Below, piece after piece: positions 18,796-31,988 of a stretch of 64,000 nucleotides of DNA. A program made the translations under genes and the position numbers. The stretch comes from an uncultured Gemmatimonadales bacterium (GTDB lineage Bacteria; Gemmatimonadota; Gemmatimonadetes; Gemmatimonadales; Gemmatimonadaceae): positions 1,216,001-1,280,000 of the forward strand of contig CAVPQB010000004.1 in NCBI GenBank assembly GCA_963707505.1, in the 5' to 3' direction. The first letter of the stretch is position 1. Each line of letters begins with the position of its first letter. A model generated the notes under the pieces. It made no database searches. It was not told the origin of the DNA and was given only the letters and a program-made list of their open reading frames with translations.

Positions 18796-20255
18796 ACGCG
18801 CTTGCGCATTCGCGCTGGAAGCACGCCGAGCTGATCGCGATACTTGGCAACGGTGCGACGAGCGATCTGAACGCCGCTCTCGCGCAGGATGTTGACTATC
18901 GCCTGGTCGGTGAGCGGGTGCTTGGGATCTTCGTCCTCGACGAGCTTCTGAAGCTGCGCCTTGATCCCGCGCGCTGAAACGTCCTCGCCGTCGGCGGTTG
19001 CGAGGCCGGACGAGAAGAAGAACTTCAACGGCAGCACGCCGCGCGGGGTCTGCACGTACTTCTCGTTCGTCACGCGGCTGACCGTCGATTCGTGCATGTT
19101 GATCACCTCGGCGACCTCGCGAAGAGTGAGCGGCTTGAGGAACTGCACGCCTTTCTCGAAGAACTCGCGCTGACGCTCGACGATGTAGTTCATCACCTTG
19201 AGCATCGTCTGACGGCGTTGCTCGATCGCCTGGATCATCCAGTTGGCCGAGTTGAGCTTGCTGGAGATGAACTCCTTGTTCTCGCCGTCGAACTTCTTCT
19301 TGTCGCGCGCGATGTCCTGATATGCCTTGCTAAGCTTGAGACGCGGAAGATTCGCGTCGTTCAGAAACACGTGATACTGCTCGTCGATCTTGTCGACGAC
19401 GAGATCCGGAATTATGTAGTTGTCCGAGCGGGTGCTGTACCGCAGACCAGGTTTCGGATCCAGCTTGGCGATTTCATCCGCTGCGGCCTGCACATCGGTC
19501 GCACTGATCCCGAAGCGCTTGGAGATCTCGCTCCAGCGGTGATTGATCAGCTCATCGAAGCAGTCGCGCACGAGACGGTACGGTACAGACTGCTGAAGGC
19601 CAGCCTCGCGAAGTTGCAGCAGCAGGCATTCCTTGAGATCGCGCGCGGCGATTCCCGGTGGATCCAACGTCTGGACAATCGCGAGCATCTCTTCGCCTTC
19701 GGCCTCGGTGTACAACATGCCTTCGCCGATCTCACGGCCGGCCGCCTCGGCGGCACTCCGCGCCATATCGTTCAACGCTACCACGATCTCCGAGACCGAC
19801 GCGGCGAGATAGCCGTCGTCGTTCACATTACCGATGAACTCGTCTGCGATGAGCGCCTGCCGCGGGGTGAGCTCGAGCAACGCGACCTGATCGCGCAGAT
19901 GATCGCCAAGGTCGCGCGTGCCAACTGTGATCGGCTCGAAGTGCTCACGCTCCTCACGTTCCTCACGATGACCACCGGTGTCGAAGCCGTCGAGAAGAAT
20001 CTCTTCCCAATCGATCTCGTCCTTCTCAGGAGTCTGCGGCTCCTCTACAGCGGTCTCCGCGGCGTCTTCGGTCTCATCCTCCTCTTCCTCGTCGTCTTCG
20101 ACGAGATCGAGGAACGGGTTGTTCAGCAGCTCCTGCTTGAGATGCTGCTGAAGGTCAAGGAGCGGCATGTACAGAAGATCCATCGCCTGATACAAGCGCG
20201 GATTGATCTTCAGGTCCTGCCGCATCTGAGTGGACTGGCTGAGGCTTGATCTCAT
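18792..20255 (-). CDS. rpoN: RNA polymerase sigma-54 factor
   Basis: Region I Q/L-rich, PLTLREVAE...HESTVSR, RpoN box ARRTVAKYR. Confidence 0.98.
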   Translation of the reverse strand: MRSSLSQSTQMRQDLKINPRLYQAMDLLYMPLLDLQQHLKQELLNNPFLDLVEDDEEEEDETEDAAETAVEEPQTPEKDEIDWEEILLDGFDTGGHREEREEREHFEPITVGTRDLGDHLRDQVALLELTPRQALIADEFIGNVNDDGYLAASVSEIVVALNDMARSAAEAAGREIGEGMLYTEAEGEEMLAIVQTLDPPGIAARDLKECLLLQLREAGLQQSVPYRLVRDCFDELINHRWSEISKRFGISATDVQAAADEIAKLDPKPGLRYSTRSDNYIIPDLVVDKIDEQYHVFLNDANLPRLKLSKAYQDIARDKKKFDGENKEFISSKLNSANWMIQAIEQRRQTMLKVMNYIVERQREFFEKGVQFLKPLTLREVAEVINMHESTVSRVTNEKYVQTPRGVLPLKFFFSSGLATADGEDVSARGIKAQLQKLVEDEDPKHPLTDQAIVNILRESGVQIARRTVAKYRDQLGVLPARMRKRV

Positions 20256-21472
20256 ACGTGTGCTCCGGTGCCGCCGCCTGCAAACCGTTCGCGAAGGCGA
20301 GCGGTCAGCGTGGGACCCAAGTAAATCTTCGCGACTGTGTCGTCGAAGACCAAGTCACGAACCGTGCCGGAAACCTTCACCTGTCCGTCGAACATGATGT
20401 AGGCCCGATCCACGATATCGAGTGTCTGCTCTACGTTGTGATCGCTGATCAGAACGCCAATGTTTCGCTGCCGCAGTCCCGAGACGATCGTCTGGATGTC
20501 GTGGACAGCGATGGGGTCCACGCCGGCAAACGGCTCGTCCAGCATCATGAACTTGGGGTCGGTGACGAGGGCACGAGTTATCTCCAGTCGTCGCCTTTCG
20601 CCTCCCGAAAGTGCGTACGCCTTGCTCTTGCGCAGCCGCTTGATACTGAGCTCGTCGAGCAACCGTTCCAGCCGTTCTTCCCGCTGAGACGGCGACAACG
20701 GCAGCGTTTCGAGAATGGCGAGGATGTTGTCCTCGACGGACAGCTTGCGGAAGATCGACGGCTCCTGCGACAGATATCCAATGCCCCTGCGAGCGCGCTT
20801 GTACATCGGCATCTCGGTGATGTCCTGACCGTCCAGCTTGATAGTACCCTCGAGCGGCTGGATCAGTCCCACGATCATGTAGAAAGTCGTTGTCTTGCCG
20901 GCTCCGTTCGGGCCCAGCAATCCAACGATCTCGCCCTGGCGGAGATGCACTGCGACGTCATTTACCACCTTGCGCCGCCGGTAGACCTTTACGAGCCCTT
21001 CTGCCTCCAGCGTACTCCTGCCGGGGCTGCGGTCCTCAGGCGCGATCTGTCCGGTGGCGGGACGCGGAAACTCTCCCGTCTGGCGCAACATGTCAGCGAC
21101 CTGCGCGCGCAGCGGCGCTATGTCGCTCCAGAGGCTATCCGAAAGTCGGATCTTGGTATAATCGCCGACATCGCCCGGCGGGATTATGACGACCTTGTCC
21201 GTTGCAAGCCGAGGGAGCACCCAGGTCGTGAGGTACGCTCTGACTTCGTCGAGACTAAGACGTCCCGCTTCATGCTGTGCATCCTTGCCTTCGTCACGCA
21301 ACGTTCGGAGATATTCGTCGCGGTATCCGATCGCGATGTCATTGAGCGTTGCCGAACCCGTGTCATCAGCGCACCGGACGAGCGCTTCGAGCGCCAGCAC
21401 CGACGAGCGCTCGTCCCCGGCGGCGTGCGAAAGCAGCGACGCGATCACGTCGGAATAGATCGGGGCCGTCAA
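20252..21472 (-). CDS. lptB: LPS export ABC ATPase LptB with a ~150-aa N-terminal extension
   Basis: GLLGPNGAGKTTTFYMIVG, YLSQEPSIFRKL, LSGGERRRLEI, LDEPFAGVDPIAV, ISDHNV, YLG; located between lptA and rpoN. Confidence 0.95.
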   Translation of the reverse strand: MTAPIYSDVIASLLSHAAGDERSSVLALEALVRCADDTGSATLNDIAIGYRDEYLRTLRDEGKDAQHEAGRLSLDEVRAYLTTWVLPRLATDKVVIIPPGDVGDYTKIRLSDSLWSDIAPLRAQVADMLRQTGEFPRPATGQIAPEDRSPGRSTLEAEGLVKVYRRRKVVNDVAVHLRQGEIVGLLGPNGAGKTTTFYMIVGLIQPLEGTIKLDGQDITEMPMYKRARRGIGYLSQEPSIFRKLSVEDNILAILETLPLSPSQREERLERLLDELSIKRLRKSKAYALSGGERRRLEITRALVTDPKFMMLDEPFAGVDPIAVHDIQTIVSGLRQRNIGVLISDHNVEQTLDIVDRAYIMFDGQVKVSGTVRDLVFDDTVAKIYLGPTLTARLRERFAGGGTGAHV

Positions 21473-22869
21473 TGTATTATCCCCCGGCGCGGCGCCGGTG
21501 GCCTGAGCGTCTTGGGCGTGGTGGGCTTCTTCACGACTGTCGTATCGACCGCTTCGACGTACACGCCGCTCGCCTTGTCACGAACCTTTACCGTGTCGAT
21601 GCCGCCGTTGAGGAAATTGATGTCGATATCCTTTCCGGTGACGTAGTTGACTCCAGGTCTGTCCTTGAATTTGTCGTTCTTGACGTGATAGTACGCACGC
21701 GCGTTGGTGCGCGAAAGTATCGTCTTGACCGGCGGCGTGTGCGCGCTGTCGGCGCGCGCGACGGTGTCGAACGTTGCAATCAGCGTATCGCCCCGCATCC
21801 AGTCGCGCTCGTCAGTCTTCATCGTCGCTGTATCCGGAACGCTTGTCGCGTAAGCATTGCCAACCGAGATGATCTCGTGGATCCGCTGATTCGGAAGGAG
21901 CGCGTCTATTGAATCAGCCACGATGTCACGATCCGGTGATGTTGCGTGCGCGCGCGTCCTGCCCCACGCCATCGCGCGCTCCAGCTCGTTGTTGCGCACC
22001 CGGAGGTCGACCGAGTCGGCGTACAGTTGAAGGTCCTGGCTCGTTGCATGACCATTCGGTGTTGCAACCACTCGATTTACCAGCCGGTTTCGCGAAAAGA
22101 CGTCGATCACCCCGCCCGTAAGCGTGAACGGCCGGCTACGACGAGCTTCGACGCTCGGCTTCTTCATGAGCCGCGCCGTTCCGGATCCCTGATCCATGAA
22201 GGCCGAGTCCCCGGTGGCGAACAGCTGCGGGCGCGTGATGCGGACGTCGCCGCCCGCATAGACGAGACTGTCTGCGACGCTCGTGATGCGATCCGCAACG
22301 ACGTCCACCGTGTCGCTCGGCTTGTGTGTGATCGTGTCGAGCTGCACGACCTTCAACTTCGGCCGCCCGGTGGACACTAGAATCGCCTCGGTGCGGATGG
22401 GTACCACGGCGCGGTAGTAATCAGCGACGGGACCTCGCATGGTACTCCCACTCGCCATCACTGCGTACACATTTCCCTCAGCCCGGATGTGTTCCTCCTC
22501 CATCCAGTAAGTCATGTGATCGGCATCAACCTTGGCGCGTGGGTCGCTATAGTGAACGTTGCCGATGAGATACATCAGCCGCTGGTCGCCGTAGTACTCG
22601 GTGCTGTCGGAAATCAGCGTGACATCCTGTCCCTGACAGCGCGCGATCGAGCCGCCGCCGACATACGTATTGCGCTCGCCGCTCGGCAACTTGACGCTGT
22701 TGAATCGCGTAGTACCGGCGGTCGAGCCTTCGATCTCGATGACACACTTGCTGCCGGGTGCCGGTCCGACGCGCTGCGCAAGCGCACTCCGCGCGAGCCC
22801 GCTCTGCGCAACGCACAGAACGCCAAACGCCGAGAGCAGCGCGAGAACTGATTCCAGGCGTCGGTTCAT
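21469..22869 (-). CDS. Long LptA/OstA-like beta-jellyroll periplasmic protein
   Basis: Signal peptide, repeated (A/S)DS...GNV beta motifs; located between lptC and lptB. Confidence 0.75.
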   Translation of the reverse strand: MNRRLESVLALLSAFGVLCVAQSGLARSALAQRVGPAPGSKCVIEIEGSTAGTTRFNSVKLPSGERNTYVGGGSIARCQGQDVTLISDSTEYYGDQRLMYLIGNVHYSDPRAKVDADHMTYWMEEEHIRAEGNVYAVMASGSTMRGPVADYYRAVVPIRTEAILVSTGRPKLKVVQLDTITHKPSDTVDVVADRITSVADSLVYAGGDVRITRPQLFATGDSAFMDQGSGTARLMKKPSVEARRSRPFTLTGGVIDVFSRNRLVNRVVATPNGHATSQDLQLYADSVDLRVRNNELERAMAWGRTRAHATSPDRDIVADSIDALLPNQRIHEIISVGNAYATSVPDTATMKTDERDWMRGDTLIATFDTVARADSAHTPPVKTILSRTNARAYYHVKNDKFKDRPGVNYVTGKDIDINFLNGGIDTVKVRDKASGVYVEAVDTTVVKKPTTPKTLRPPAPRRGIIH

Positions 22870-23435
22870 CAGTGAGTCGGGATGAGCACGGCGCCGCCGG
22901 ATCCGGACAGCACCTTGAGCACGTGAACGTTCTGAAGATTGGGATCCGACCGGAACCCAACCCCCTGCAGGCGCCTGTCCGGCTCGGTGATCACGAACGC
23001 ACTATCACTCGAAATCTCGTTCCGGCTCTGATCGTACTTCAATTCCTCCGACGTGAGGTGACGCCCATCCTCCGAGTTCACCACCACGTTCCCTCGCGCC
23101 ACCATCTGGCCGGTATTGGTGTGATACGTCCCACGGCGTGAGGTCAGCACCGCGCTCTTTACTCCAGCGGTCGTGAAGAAGGTGGAATTCACGTGCATCA
23201 GCTCGACGCGCGTGTTGTCGTCAAAGAAGTACGCCGTATCGGCGACGAGCTGGGCATGCATCACGCCCTGATCGGTAAGATTGAACTTCGCCCCATACAT
23301 CACCTGACCTGCGGAATCCGCGAGCGCTGAGCGCGCGGAGAGCGGCGGGGTAGTCTTGTCGCTCTTGCATCCGGACGCGGCAATTGTCGCCACCACAAGG
23401 GCGGTCGTCACCGTCTTTCCCGCGCCAAAGGTCAA
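22869..23435 (-). CDS. lptC: LPS export protein LptC
   Basis: Lipobox-like ASGC, MVARGNVVV, L.SEEL.YD, GVGFRSD; located downstream of kdsD. Confidence 0.85.
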   Translation of the reverse strand: MTFGAGKTVTTALVVATIAASGCKSDKTTPPLSARSALADSAGQVMYGAKFNLTDQGVMHAQLVADTAYFFDDNTRVELMHVNSTFFTTAGVKSAVLTSRRGTYHTNTGQMVARGNVVVNSEDGRHLTSEELKYDQSRNEISSDSAFVITEPDRRLQGVGFRSDPNLQNVHVLKVLSGSGGAVLIPTH

Positions 23436-24390
23436 GCCACCCCCGCGCGCATGAGATCATGCAGGTGCACCACGCCGACCAGCGATCCATCCTTCGCTAC
23501 GACCGGCATCGCCATGATGCCGTGCTCTTCCATGCGATGCACGGCGGCGCTCCCGAGCTCGTCAGGATCCGCAACTCTTGGAGACCGGTTCATCACGTCG
23601 GACACGCCTACGCGAAGTACATCCATCTCGCGCTCCATCAGACGCGTCAGATCGCCGGCGGTCATTATGCCGCTCACTCTTGCTGCGTCGTCGATGATCA
23701 TCACGATGCCCCGCCTCTCGGCCAGCTCCACGATCGCCTCGCGTACCGTCGCCGTCGGAGGGAGCGTCGGCAGCGAGTCGGTCAGCATCACATCGCGAAC
23801 GCGCGTGAGAAGCTTGCGACCCAGCGCGCCGCCAGGATGAAAGCGGGCGAAGTCGTCTGCCCCGAATCCCTTCTCCTCGAGCAGCGCGACTGCGAGCGCG
23901 TCACCGAGCGCGAGCGCAACAGTGGTACTCGTCGTCGGGACGAGCCCGTGAAGACAGGCTTCCTCGCGGACCCACGCGTCGAGTGTCTCGTCCGCGTGCG
24001 ACGCCAACGTCGATTCCCGATCACCCGTGATCGCGATCGTCTGCACGCCAAGTCGTTTGAGATGATCCAGCAACGGCAGCAACTCGTCGGACTCACCACT
24101 CTTCGAAATGAGGATCGCGACGTCCGCCTCTCCCACGATTCCTAGATCGCCGTGGATACTGTCTGCAGCGTGCAGAAAAACCGCCGGTGTTCCTGTCGAT
24201 GTGAGTGTCGCGGCGATCTTTCTTCCGATCAACCCCGACTTGCCGACGCCACACACGATCACGCGACCGTGCGCCGTAGCGATCATCTCGACGGCGCGCA
24301 CGAACTCGTCGCCCAGCCGCGACTCGGCCTCGGCTATCGCCTCAGCTTCGAGCCGGAGAACGCGACGGCCGCGTGCTACAACGTCGGCCT

Positions 24391-24412
<22 letters not shown>
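23432..24412 (-). CDS. kdsD: Arabinose-5-phosphate isomerase (KpsF/GutQ)
   Basis: GVGKSGLIGRKIAAT..STGT, HGDLG, PTTSTT, FHPGGALG, CBS pair. Confidence 0.95.
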
Positions 24413-27631
<3,219 letters not shown>

Positions 27632-27676
27632 CGCGGGCGAAAAAATGGGGGGCTGGACGCAACTTTCACGCCACCA

Positions 27677-27705
27677 AAGTTACCATTTGCTGAGTGGTGG
27701 CGCAA
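27677..27705 (-). promoter_or_regulatory. Putative sigma70 promoter of the kdsB operon
   Basis: Minus strand TTGCGC-N17-TAACTT, embedded in the inverted repeat CGCCACCA...TGGTGGCG (27669-27702). Confidence 0.5.
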
Positions 27706-27729
27706 AGGGGAGATGTTGACAGCGTAGCA

Positions 27730-27747
27730 ATCGAACAAGTGTTCGAT
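27730..27747. promoter_or_regulatory. Palindrome matching the Firmicutes/Actinobacteria LexA (SOS) box
   Basis: ATCGAAC-AAGT-GTTCGAT with perfect 7-bp arms, intergenic. Confidence 0.55.
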
Positions 27748-27825
27748 ACCCTTGTGATCCCGCCGACGCTCTGGGACGAGGACTCCCGACCAACTCGGCC
27801 GCTTCCAACTCGGCCCCTCCCGTAC

Positions 27826-28957
27826 TCACGGCGCGAGCGAGATTCCCGCGCCGAAGTCGGATTTGTGGGTTCTTGGATTTATGACGTAGTCGAGCGTAAA
27901 GATCGATAGGCCAAGCCGCGCTCCGATGTTCTGAGCCGGACGCCCAAATCCTCCCACCGCCGCCGCGCCCATCGTAAAGTGCGGAGCTATATACGGGTTG
28001 CCCAGAATCGGGACCTCGATGCTGTTGATCGGAATGGCGTAGAGAGCGTCGAGAAAGTACAGATGGTCACCCCCCATGTTCAGCATGTCGACCGTCGCCA
28101 GCGATCCCGACCCGCCGACATACGCGTACCGCTGGCGGGGTGTGAACGAGCTCGTAGCGGTAGCGACGAGATGCCCGCGAATATCGAGGTGTTGCCCCGC
28201 GACAGTCTTGATACTCGCACCCTCGTCGAGCGTGAGCTGCTGGAAATTGCCGCCGAGCGGCGTCTTCCCGGCAGCCTCGATCAGCACATCCACCAGGAGC
28301 GGATGCAGGAAGCCCTGCGTACTCCAGATGTCCGCCCGCAATCGCCGACGTGATGTGGCCTGCATCTATCTCGGGGTTCGGGCGCTGGACCCCGTTAACC
28401 GTGTCACTGCGGTTGAGAATGCTGAAGGGACCGTTGTTGCTGCCGCTGCGCCACCCTGTGGACCAATCGCGCTCGGCGCGCGCTCCGACAAATATTGTAG
28501 CGGCCTCGATGTCGACCGGGAGATGCAACGACGAGGTGAGGCGAGCTTCGCCCCGATCCCCGCGGAAATAGTTTCGCGAATCACTGCCGAGGCCCAGTGA
28601 GGTGAGAGAGTTGATGATATTCGCGCGGATCCAGCTGTCGTTGGTAAACGTGCCCCGTGATCCCGTTAGCGCGAAGCCTATGCTCGAATCAGCGGTGAAC
28701 TGTCCAACTATCGAGAGTGACGGATCGATCTTGCCGAGGTGCGAGCGATAGGTAATCGCCGGACTCACGACAAGCCTGTCGTCACCGACGTTGAGTGTCG
28801 GGGCGAACGGTACGGACAGTCCGTTCACACGATTGTACGTGGGCAGGTTGTCGAGCGTCAACGGGAAGTCGACAGCAACCTGCGCGTGTGCGAACGGCGC
28901 AATCATGATGACTGCCGCGAGTGCAGTCAGTACGCGGGTCAGCAGCGATCGGGTCAT
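27826..28957 (-). CDS. Putative outer-membrane beta-barrel protein, one frameshift near 28296
   Basis: Signal peptide ..APFAHAQ and TYNRVNGLS, then alternating beta patterns; continues in the frame of ORF 27826..28365, ending FGAGISLAP. Confidence 0.6.
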
Positions 28958-29529
28958 CGGGTAAGGTCCAGGAAGTTGCGCAGCAACTGCTTGCCTCCGT
29001 CCGTGAGAACGGACTCGGGATGAAACTGCACTCCGTAGACAGGATGCTTGCGATGCCGCATCGCGTGAACCTCTGTGCTGTCGTCGTCGCTCCAGGCGGT
29101 AATCTCCAGATCGGACGGAAGCGAGTCCCGATCCACCGTCAGCGAATGATATCGCATCACCCGCAACGGATCGGGAAGGCCGGCAAAAAGCCCAGCTCCA
29201 TTGTGCCTCACCTCCGATGTCTTGCCGTGCATCAGTCTGTTCGCGCGAACAACGCGCCCGCCGTACGCGGCGCCGATTGCCTGCTGGCCAAGACATACAC
29301 CAAGTATCGGAATCGATGATCCGTAGGTGCGAATCACGTCCAGCGTAATGCCAGCCTCCGCGGGTGTCTTGGGACCGGGCGATAATACTATTGCCGTCGG
29401 CCCGAGCGCCCCAACCTCGGAGGCCGGAATCTCGTCGTTGCGCCGCACCATTACCTCGGCGCCAAGCTCGCCGAGATATTGAACGAGATTGTATGTGAAG
29501 GAATCGTAATTGTCGATTACGAGGATCAT
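28954..29529 (-). CDS. trpG: Anthranilate/aminodeoxychorismate synthase component II
   Basis: [41 protein letters not shown]. Confidence 0.93.
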   Translation of the reverse strand: MILVIDNYDSFTYNLVQYLGELGAEVMVRRNDEIPASEVGALGPTAIVLSPGPKTPAEAGITLDVIRTYGSSIPILGVCLGQQAIGAAYGGRVVRANRLMHGKTSEVRHNGAGLFAGLPDPLRVMRYHSLTVDRDSLPSDLEITAWSDDDSTEVHAMRHRKHPVYGVQFHPESVLTDGGKQLLRNFLDLTR

Positions 29530-30470
29530 TTCTGTGTCACATCTGAGAGCCGCTCGCGCGGATGGAACTGCTTGTGAACCGAGCGCAGATACTCACGGTC
29601 AACGTGCGTGTATATCTGCGTCGTCGAGATGTCGGCGTGGCCGAGCATTTCCTGTACCGCCCGCAGGTCCGCGCCGCCTTCGAGAAGATGCGTCGCGAAC
29701 GAATGACGTAAGGTATGTGGCGTGACGTGCTTGGTGATACCGCTTGCATCGACGTGCTTGCGCAGGATCTTCCACGCGCCCATGCGCGTCATCGGCTCGC
29801 CTCGCGCGTTGAGGAACAGAATTCCCTCGCCCGATCCCTTCTCCAGCTTTGGCCGTAGCTCGCGCAGGTAGATAGCGACCGCACCCACTGCCTTCCGCCC
29901 GATCGGCACCAGCCGCTCCTTCGCCCCCTTGCCGAAGACGCGCACCAGCGACTCGTCCAGCATGAGGTCGCGCACGCCAAGCGTGATCCATTCGCCTACC
30001 CGGAGTCCGGCGCCGTACGCCAGCTCGAGCATCGCCCGGTCGCGGAACGCCATCGGCTCGTCCAGTGTCGGAGTCTCTATCAGCCTCGCGACCTCTTCCG
30101 CGCTCAATACGTCCGGTAGCTCGCGCCAACGCTTGGGTGTCTCGAGGCGTTCGCTCGGGTCCCGCACCACATGTCCTTCGTTGAGAAGAAACTTGTAGTA
30201 CGTGCGCAACGCGGAGATGTTACGCCGTATCGACGACGGTGCCAGACCCAGGTCCTTCAGATGATAGATGTACGAGCGAAGCGTCGTCGAGCCGACCTCT
30301 TCCGGCGCGTGTGCGCCTTTCGTGAGCGAGTAGTCTGCGAATCGCGCGAGATCGCGGCCGTATGCCTCGACGGTGCGCGGCGACGCACCGTCTTCGAGCG
30401 TCAGGAAGTCCGCGAACGGAGCCAACCAGAAGGCACGCGCGAGGGTCTCTCGCGCCGGTTCAACGCTCAC
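29526..30470 (-). CDS. xerD: Tyrosine recombinase XerD
   Basis: [76 protein letters not shown]. Confidence 0.9.
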   Translation of the reverse strand: MSVEPARETLARAFWLAPFADFLTLEDGASPRTVEAYGRDLARFADYSLTKGAHAPEEVGSTTLRSYIYHLKDLGLAPSSIRRNISALRTYYKFLLNEGHVVRDPSERLETPKRWRELPDVLSAEEVARLIETPTLDEPMAFRDRAMLELAYGAGLRVGEWITLGVRDLMLDESLVRVFGKGAKERLVPIGRKAVGAVAIYLRELRPKLEKGSGEGILFLNARGEPMTRMGAWKILRKHVDASGITKHVTPHTLRHSFATHLLEGGADLRAVQEMLGHADISTTQIYTHVDREYLRSVHKQFHPRERLSDVTQK

Positions 30471-30966
30471 GTGTGAGCGTGGCGACGGCAATGCACGCGA
30501 TTCCCTCACCTCGGCCGATCCATCCCATCCCTTCGTTCGTCTTTCCCTTCACGCTCACCGCTTGCGCCGTGACACCGAGTGCATCCGCAAGGCGCGCGCG
30601 AATCGCCGGCGCGTGCGGTCCGATGCGCGGAAATTCAGCGATGACAGTAACGTCGATATTCGCGACGGCGAATCCGAGCGCGTGCACGGACGCGACGGCG
30701 CCGCGCAACATCTCGATCGAATCACGACCCTTGTTGGCGTCGTCGCTATCCGGAAACAGCGAGCCGATGTCACCAGCGGCGGCTGCCCCAAGCACTGCGT
30801 CGGTAACGGCGTGAGAAATCGCGTCGGCGTCGGAGTGGCCGAGCAGCGAGACGTCGGCCGGAATGCGCACACCACCGAGTATCAAAGGACCGCCCGGCGT
30901 GAAACGGTGCGAGTCGTAGCCAATGCCGACGCGCGTGCTCACGCCCGTACCAGCGCCTGTGCTCAC
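30460..30966 (-). CDS. ispF: 2-C-methyl-D-erythritol 2,4-cyclodiphosphate synthase
   Basis: RVGIGYDSH, GHSDAD, GDIG..FPD, SVKGKTNE. Confidence 0.95.
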   Translation of the reverse strand: MSTGAGTGVSTRVGIGYDSHRFTPGGPLILGGVRIPADVSLLGHSDADAISHAVTDAVLGAAAAGDIGSLFPDSDDANKGRDSIEMLRGAVASVHALGFAVANIDVTVIAEFPRIGPHAPAIRARLADALGVTAQAVSVKGKTNEGMGWIGRGEGIACIAVATLTRER

Positions 30967-31985
30967 GCCGCGGTAGTGAGAAGCGAGTAGTCCTGACGCC
31001 TGCGAGACGCACTGAAGCCTGCATCGCGGATGAGCCGCTCCATCTCAGCGGTGCTGGTACGATGCGTCGTGTTTGCGGCGGAGACGACGTTCTCCTCGAT
31101 CATGAGCGAGCCGAAATCGTTGCAGCCGAAGCGGAGCGCCAGCTGACCGATCTTCATTCCCATCGTGACCCAGCTGGCCTGGAGGTTCGGAACATTGTCG
31201 AGCACGATGCGCGAGATCGCAACGGTGCGCAGATACTCGGTGGAATCAGTCTTGGGCTGGTTGGACATGCGCGGCGTGTTCTCCGGCTGCAGGGGCCAGC
31301 AGATGAAGGCCGTGAATCCGCCCGTGCGCGCCTGCACCTCGCGCACGCGCTCGAGATGCTCGATGCGCTCTTCCAGAGTCTCGCCGATGCCGTACATCAT
31401 CGTCACGGACGTTTTCATTCCTTCGCCGTGTGCGATCTCCATGATCTCGAGCCAGCGATCCGCGCCTGCCTTCTTTTTCGCGACGAGATCGCGCACTCGC
31501 TGCACGAGGATCTCGCCACCGCCACCGGGAATGGAATCGAGTCCCGCTGACTGCAGCTCGCGGATCACATCGCGCGCATCCATGCGAAACACCGTCGAGA
31601 AGAAGTCGACTTCGCTCGGACTGAATCCGTGAATGTGGATTGGATGATTGCGCTTGATGTAACGCATCAGCTCCAGATACCACTCGAACGGGATGTACGG
31701 ATTGTGACCGCCCTGAATGAGGATCTGGACGGCGCCGAGCGCCTTTGCCTCCTCGATCTTGGCACCGATCTGTTCGAACGAAAGCGTGTAGCCCTCATTG
31801 TCCCTGGGTCGGCGATAGAACGCACAGAATCCGCAATCGGCGACACAGACGTTGGTGTAGTTGATGTTGCGGTCGACGATGTACGTGACCACGTTTCCGG
31901 GGTGCAGCTGTCGCCGGACCTTATCTGCTTCTGCGCCGAGCTCGAGCAGCGAAGCGTTGCGGTAGAAATCGACTATGTCGCGCAT
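30963..31985 (-). CDS. mqnC: Cyclic dehypoxanthine futalosine synthase
   Basis: VTYIVDRNINYTNVCVADCGFCAF, QGGH.P, SIPGGGGEIL, NLQASWVT, NDFGSLMIEENVV. Confidence 0.93.
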   Translation of the reverse strand: MRDIVDFYRNASLLELGAEADKVRRQLHPGNVVTYIVDRNINYTNVCVADCGFCAFYRRPRDNEGYTLSFEQIGAKIEEAKALGAVQILIQGGHNPYIPFEWYLELMRYIKRNHPIHIHGFSPSEVDFFSTVFRMDARDVIRELQSAGLDSIPGGGGEILVQRVRDLVAKKKAGADRWLEIMEIAHGEGMKTSVTMMYGIGETLEERIEHLERVREVQARTGGFTAFICWPLQPENTPRMSNQPKTDSTEYLRTVAISRIVLDNVPNLQASWVTMGMKIGQLALRFGCNDFGSLMIEENVVSAANTTHRTSTAEMERLIRDAGFSASRRRQDYSLLTTAA

Positions 31986-31988
31986 TGA

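Noticed and set aside
29526..30470. Tyrosine recombinase as a possible prophage or island integrase
   Set aside because: Sequence is typical XerD, embedded among housekeeping genes, with no phage genes or att repeats seen.
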